Below, piece by piece: positions 14,589-19,224 of a DNA stretch of 19,224 bases. Location: contig PRDJ01000081.1 in assembly GCA_003345555.1 (NCBI GenBank), positions 1-19,224 of the forward strand, in the 5' to 3' direction. The stretch is from Candidatus Thorarchaeota archaeon. GTDB taxonomy: Archaea; Asgardarchaeota; Thorarchaeia; Thorarchaeales; Thorarchaeaceae. A program made the translations under genes and the position numbers. Within the stretch, counting starts at the first letter, position 1, and each line of letters begins with the position of its first letter. Under the pieces are notes generated by a model, which ran no database searches, had not been told where the DNA came from, and was given only the letters and a program-made list of their open reading frames with translations.

Positions 14589-17500
14589 CTAATCTAGCTC
14601 AATACCCAGACTGTCAAGAAGTGCCTTGAGGTCGGCTTTTGAGAGTGACTTTGCCTGATCGAGGATAATGTCCACTTCCTCAGGCGCCATTCCCTTCTTC
14701 TGAAGCTTCATCTTCAGCTCCTCCATTTCGGTGGGCTTTGCTCCAAGAAGCTCCTTCTCCGGCTTAACCGCAGGCTTCTCAGCGGCCTTCTCTCCCAAAG
14801 CTTCAGCTCGTCGTGCCTGCTCTTGGGCGATGACCTCACGCAGGAAACCGGGTCTCTCACTAGGTTTCATGCGTGCCAAGTCGGAACGGAAGGCCTCCAC
14901 TTCCTTTGCACCCAAGCCAGTTATGGATGCCAGTTGCTCTAGGAGATCGTTGACCTCAGGAACAACGATTACTATCGGTTCCGCGGCGATATCCTCTGCT
15001 AGCTTCTGAATACCAACGGGCTTCAGTTCCTTGTTGACAATGTCTTGTATGCCCTCCAATCTAGAGTGCACCCTTGCAGGACGTGGAACCTTGCCTCTTC
15101 TCAGCGAAGAAATCATCCGATTCATGATACGCACAAGTTTGGGGATGCTCCAGACCCGCACGTAAAGGCCAACAAGAGCCGCACCTATTATCAGAAACGC
15201 GCCACCGATGACAGTTAGTCTCTGGAAGAAGACTTGTTGAGCTGAGATGTCAGATCTGATTGTTATCGGCAGAGTCTTTGTAGTGTATTGCCCTCTTGAG
15301 AACTGAATTGTGACATGGAAGGTGCCACCAGCGTTGACACCAAGGTAGAGCACGTAGGTACCGTTGCCGAGATCTTTTGTGTTGTCAACAAGGTATGTGA
15401 CATTGGCTCCTGTGGTTACCAGGGGCAGAGCGCCAGTGATGCCCACGCTGTGATCAAGATCATAGTAGGTGATGGGCAATGCCACAACAGCACCCGGCAC
15501 TGTCGATATGGTCGTGTTTGCTATTGTCAGTTCGGTGTTGACCTGTCTTACAGTCAAATCAAAGGTGAAGGGATCTATCTGGTAGATGGATGTGGCAAAT
15601 GCGATTTCGATCCTGTACAACCCAAGCGGCAGAGTACCTGCGATATCAAGCCTGTAACTACCGTTGCCCATCTGGGTCAGCGGCAACTCGCCAATCCCGG
15701 ACCAATATGATATGCCGTTGATTCCTGTCACGACCTCGTCGGTCAGCGAGTCAATCACAGTGAAGACGACAAATGCGGTGTCATTGACTGGAAGTGATAT
15801 TGAGTCCTGTCCGAATATCTCAGCGGGGGTAGCTCGGATTATGAGGTTCACCTTGACTGTAGATGATGCGTAGTTGCTCTTGGCAAGAGACACGGTCATT
15901 TCATAGAGGCGAGGATTGAGCAGAGATAGCTTTGTCACAAGGAGGTAGCTTCCATTGCCCAAGTCAGTAACGTTTGCGACGCCGCCTGCCCAACCCGCTG
16001 ATACTGCAGCACCTGCCAATGGCGTGGCTGCGAGACTGTCATTGAAGTATACGGTAAACGACACGATATCTCCGTAGTACCCGTCTCTCGTGAGTGGGTT
16101 AACAGCCGACACAGTTGGGCGTGGCAGTATGTTCGTAATCACAGTCCTTGTGGCTGTAGCGTATCCTTCCTTCGAACCGGTGATCCGAAGATAGAACGAC
16201 TCTGCCGATAGTGAGGAGGTATTAATCAATGCCCGGTATGTGTGATTCGGCAGTTCCTGGAACGAGCCCGCAAGATTCCCGAGTACATAGGTCACGTTTG
16301 CTCCACCGACCAAGCCGCCGTGGTACGTGTCATTGTAAGTCACGAGCAAATCAATCACATTGCCGTACACGACTGTAAATGAGGTCGCGCCATCCGCTAG
16401 TTGCACACGAGTAGGCACGGGAGCCACATAGACGTCGATGACATAATCTAAGAAAACATGGTTAGTCTCGAATGCCCTAAGTGTCGCAGGGTAACGGCCG
16501 ATATCCAGACCACTGACGTTCACGCTGGCGAGATAGAACCCTGGTGTTCCATTGTATACCAGCACGTAGATTTGATTGTTCCAATCAATTGAGACATTGT
16601 CGGCTATGACAGGTCTGTTTGTCACAGTATCGTTCAAGTAGACCCAGAACGACCCTGTGGTTTCCGTGACTATGTCGTACGTTGACTGTGAGGGCATAAT
16701 CTGACCAGCGGCTCTGGAAACAATCAGTACGAGAGACTGTGTGCGAGTTTGATAGTACTGTCTCGAGACCGAGACCTGGGGCTCGTGATAACCGTAGTCT
16801 GCGGCGGAGGTGTCAAGGTTCAATGTATATGTTCCATTACCAATGTCCAAGAATGGATATACAGTGCCGTTCCAGAGAAGGGTGGCATTCATGTGTGGCA
16901 CGAGAGTGAAGTACAGAGTCTCCCGGACATCCATTCGTATTAGGACAAGCTGTCCCCAGTCTGCATAGTACACGCTTTTCTCAAGGGTGATGACCACGGA
17001 TGTTGAGCCCGGCTGCACAACGACATTGATGGTCGAGATCTGATAGAATGTCTTCTGTGCGTTGACAGTGAACGTGTACGGTTGCGCTACTAGGCCTGTT
17101 GTGTTCAGCGTTATCCTGTACGAACCACCTCCGATTTCCAGGATTGTGAAGCTTCTACCGTACCTAGTTTGCCAATCGCAGGTAATGACTGCTCCAGCCA
17201 GCGGTAGACCATGGTCCAAGTCGGAGAGGGTCAGGTTAACGACAAACGGATCACCTATCGGGCGTGTGCCCGCGGGTGGCACTTCTGCGAGCAAAGACGT
17301 CTGGATTGATCGGATGACCGCAGGTACATTGCTGGTCGTCCTTGCTGCGTAGTGGTAAGGCGCGCCGGTCTTGTTTGCAGTCAGAGCAAAGAAGACGGTC
17401 CCTGTGCCGCCGAACTGCTGTGTAGGAACAAGAATGCGGTATGCGCCGCCGCCCATCTGAAACACGTAGTAGATCGGAGAAGTCAGGTTAGTGCTGGTCA

Positions 17501-19223
17501 GATAGATGGACGCACCCGGTATGCCAACTCCCGAGATGTAGTCTGTATACTCGAAGTTCAGCGTAAGGTTGTCCAAGTATGGAGTCTCCGAGACAAGTGG
17601 GAACAGAATCTGAGTCTGGCGTTCGACAGTGGTCGCATATGTTGTTGTGCTCTTCGCCGCATAGTATGGTACGGTAGTACTTCTGTTGATAGCCAGTTGA
17701 ACCGATTTTCCGACAACAAGGTTGACTGGATCCAGAAGTGTCGAATTGAACTTGATCTCGTAATAGCTACCGTAATTCGTCAGTGTGTAATCTGATGAAC
17801 CAAGAACGTAAGTACCCCCGAGAACCAGCGTGATGTTACTCTTGGTTACGGCGATGTTCGAACCGGTTATGAAATCGATATACCTGAACCTGAATGTGAC
17901 AAGCTCCCTGAATTGAGTCTCTCCAGGCGTCTGTATTATGAGTATCTGCGTCGCTCTTTGTGTGATCCGAGAGTTCACATTCCTAGTTGAGGGCATGTAG
18001 AATGGCGAACCAGCTCGCGAGAGTGTCACGCCTAGTACGTACGTTCCAATTCTCCCGAGTGCCATGCTGCTCACCTTGATTTCGTATACTCCCTGACCTA
18101 GCGATGAAACCCAGTAGTTGCTGTTTTGCACAAGTGGGAGCGAGGAATTGGAACAGGTCAATGACCCGACTGCGCCGACTATGCCTAGGCCAGTCGTGTC
18201 ATCGGTGTAGGTCACTGTGAATGTGACATTCTCGAGGTATGCAGTTGGATCCGGTGTCTCATATCCGAGTTGAGTGCTCCGTTTGAGAACGGACGCGCTG
18301 ACATAATCAATGGCATTGCTTACATAGTTCGAACCTGTATAGACGATCGTTGCGTTGAGCACGAATGTCCCGTCCGATACCAGAGCATATGTGTCAAGAG
18401 TGAGTTGATAGTGACCGTTCCCAAGTGACACGACTGTATAGTGACCGGACAGAGAGCTATTGAGCATCAGCGTACCTGTCATCCCGGCCGAGCTTCCCGA
18501 GACCAAATCGGTATAGACGAACTCGACTACGAGACTGTTTCCGTATTGAGGAGGAGTGAAGGGCTCGTGTGTGAGCTGACTGCTCCTCAAAATCACAACG
18601 ACAACGAAGGCCTTGCTTCCCACCGCGGCATAGAAAGGCACGCCAGTCCAAGTGATATTGAGATGAAGGGTGTAGGTTCCGACCCCTCCAATGGTTCGAG
18701 TGTCGATGGATAGGTTGAAGGTGCGCTGGGCGGAATTGTACGTTAGTACGTACGACACTGAACCTTCGTTGAGTCGTACGGCAAGCTGGCCAGAGTTCGG
18801 AATGCGGGTTGTTGTTAGAGTGTCAAGATAACTGAAGGTGAATGTGGCATTTTCCCCGTATGGGGTGGACTGGATTGGAGTTGGATCGACGTAGGTAGGC
18901 CTCTGAAGAACCACAAGAGTCACCGTCATCGTGCGGTTCTCATACAGAGGTGTTATGCCCTTGCTCCACATGAACTCGAGCTGGAACACGAATGAGCCGC
19001 ATTTACCGAAGAGCGAGCTGTTGAGCTTGAAGCTGTAGACACCAGGGCTGCCACCCACTTCAGATACCTTGAACTGAGCTTGAGTGACACTGTGGCCACC
19101 TGTAAGCGGAGTTATCCTCAGAAAGACGTGGTTCGTGGAATTAGAGATCTTACTCCCGTTCACCATATCCCAATATACAGTGGTGAATGAAAGATTCTGA
19201 AGGTAGTAGGCGGCGCTGGGTGC
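14589..19223 (-). CDS. Giant cell-surface glycoprotein: tandem ~100-aa beta-sandwich (Ig-like) repeats, one TM helix, ~190-aa cytoplasmic tail; 5' truncated by the window edge
   Basis: The frame stays open past ATG 19166 to the window end (APSAAYYLQNLSFTTVYWD-M). It has recurrent repeat motifs, a TM segment LTVIGGAFLIIGAALVGLYV at about 15159-15218, and many NxS/T sequons before the TM. Confidence 0.9.
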   Translation of the reverse strand, partial: APSAAYYLQNLSFTTVYWDMVNGSKISNSTNHVFLRITPLTGGHSVTQAQFKVSEVGGSPGVYSFKLNSSLFGKCGSFVFQLEFMWSKGITPLYENRTMTVTLVVLQRPTYVDPTPIQSTPYGENATFTFSYLDTLTTTRIPNSGQLAVRLNEGSVSYVLTYNSAQRTFNLSIDTRTIGGVGTYTLHLNITWTGVPFYAAVGSKAFVVVVILRSSQLTHEPFTPPQYGNSLVVEFVYTDLVSGSSAGMTGTLMLNSSLSGHYTVVSLGNGHYQLTLDTYALVSDGTFVLNATIVYTGSNYVSNAIDYVSASVLKRSTQLGYETPDPTAYLENVTFTVTYTDDTTGLGIVGAVGSLTCSNSSLPLVQNSNYWVSSLGQGVYEIKVSSMALGRIGTYVLGVTLSRAGSPFYMPSTRNVNSRITQRATQILIIQTPGETQFRELVTFRFRYIDFITGSNIAVTKSNITLVLGGTYVLGSSDYTLTNYGSYYEIKFNSTLLDPVNLVVGKSVQLAINRSTTVPYYAAKSTTTYATTVERQTQILFPLVSETPYLDNLTLNFEYTDYISGVGIPGASIYLTSTNLTSPIYYVFQMGGGAYRILVPTQQFGGTGTVFFALTANKTGAPYHYAARTTSNVPAVIRSIQTSLLAEVPPAGTRPIGDPFVVNLTLSDLDHGLPLAGAVITCDWQTRYGRSFTILEIGGGSYRITLNTTGLVAQPYTFTVNAQKTFYQISTINVVVQPGSTSVVITLEKSVYYADWGQLVLIRMDVRETLYFTLVPHMNATLLWNGTVYPFLDIGNGTYTLNLDTSAADYGYHEPQVSVSRQYYQTRTQSLVLIVSRAAGQIMPSQSTYDIVTETTGSFWVYLNDTVTNRPVIADNVSIDWNNQIYVLVYNGTPGFYLASVNVSGLDIGRYPATLRAFETNHVFLDYVIDVYVAPVPTRVQLADGATSFTVVYGNVIDLLVTYNDTYHGGLVGGANVTYVLGNLAGSFQELPNHTYRALINTSSLSAESFYLRITGSKEGYATATRTVITNILPRPTVSAVNPLTRDGYYGDIVSFTVYFNDSLAATPLAGAAVSAGWAGGVANVTDLGNGSYLLVTKLSLLNPRLYEMTVSLAKSNYASSTVKVNLIIRATPAEIFGQDSISLPVNDTAFVVFTVIDSLTDEVVTGINGISYWSGIGELPLTQMGNGSYRLDIAGTLPLGLYRIEIAFATSIYQIDPFTFDLTVRQVNTELTIANTTISTVPGAVVALPITYYDLDHSVGITGALPLVTTGANVTYLVDNTKDLGNGTYVLYLGVNAGGTFHVTIQFSRGQYTTKTLPITIRSDISAQQVFFQRLTVIGGAFLIIGAALVGLYVRVWSIPKLVRIMNRMISSLRRGKVPRPARVHSRLEGIQDIVNKELKPVGIQKLAEDIAAEPIVIVVPEVNDLLEQLASITGLGAKEVEAFRSDLARMKPSERPGFLREVIAQEQARRAEALGEKAAEKPAVKPEKELLGAKPTEMEELKMKLQKKGMAPEEVDIILDQAKSLSKADLKALLDSLGIELD
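15240..19223 (-). repeat. About 12-13 degenerate protein-level repeats of roughly 95-110 aa
   Basis: Recurring unit: R-x-T...(P)YG/YL(E/D)NxTFxxxYxD...GxxIxGA...(L/M)GxGxYxxxxxT...GxYxxxxx...PxY. Boundaries fall at QRPT, LRSS, KRST, QRAT, ERQT, SIQT, PGST, RAAG, PVPT, PRPT, RATP and QVNT. DNA-level identity between units is not obvious. Confidence 0.8.
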
Positions 19224-19224
19224 A

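Noticed and set aside
407-18713. Numerous 60-150-aa antisense or alternate-frame ORFs in the track (e.g. 541..813, 4748..4981, 8468..8785, 11393..11761, 17352..17795)
   Set aside because: They overlap well-supported genes, lack recognisable motifs, and are typical shadow ORFs at this GC content.
14589-19223. Repeats in the giant gene as a CRISPR array, DGR or DNA tandem repeat
   Set aside because: The periodicity is visible only at the protein level. I saw no identical DNA repeats, spacers, template/variable repeat pair or reverse transcriptase.

Overview
Gene-dense archaeal chromosomal window with no rRNA, tRNA, CRISPR array or mobile element that I can see. GGTGA/GGAGG ribosome-binding sites, archaeal-type TyrRS, a Rab-like fold and a giant Ig-repeat surface glycoprotein suggest an Asgard archaeon, probably Thorarchaeia (inference). 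Left to right: the 3' end of a PLP-dependent enzyme, a VIT1/CCC1 transporter (-), an NDP-forming acyl-CoA synthetase alpha subunit (-), a GT-C glycosyltransferase (GT87/PIG-M-like), and a 58-aa winged-helix gene (-) missing from the ORF track. A long + strand run follows: PIN-domain/helical protein, 3-TM protein, Rab-like pseudo-GTPase, TIGR00725/LOG-family protein, PPP phosphatase, DUF362, DPPR-synthase-like UbiA, PHP phosphoesterase, UPF0104 flippase-like protein, and tyrS. A bidirectional terminator-like hairpin separates tyrS from the 3' part of a >1540-aa surface protein (-). The best candidates for undescribed systems are (i) the DUF362-UbiA-PHP-UPF0104 operon, which looks like a non-canonical lipid-linked pentose donor pathway, and (ii) the Rab-fold protein with every nucleotide-binding motif degenerate. 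All family assignments come from recognising motifs by eye; no database search was run.
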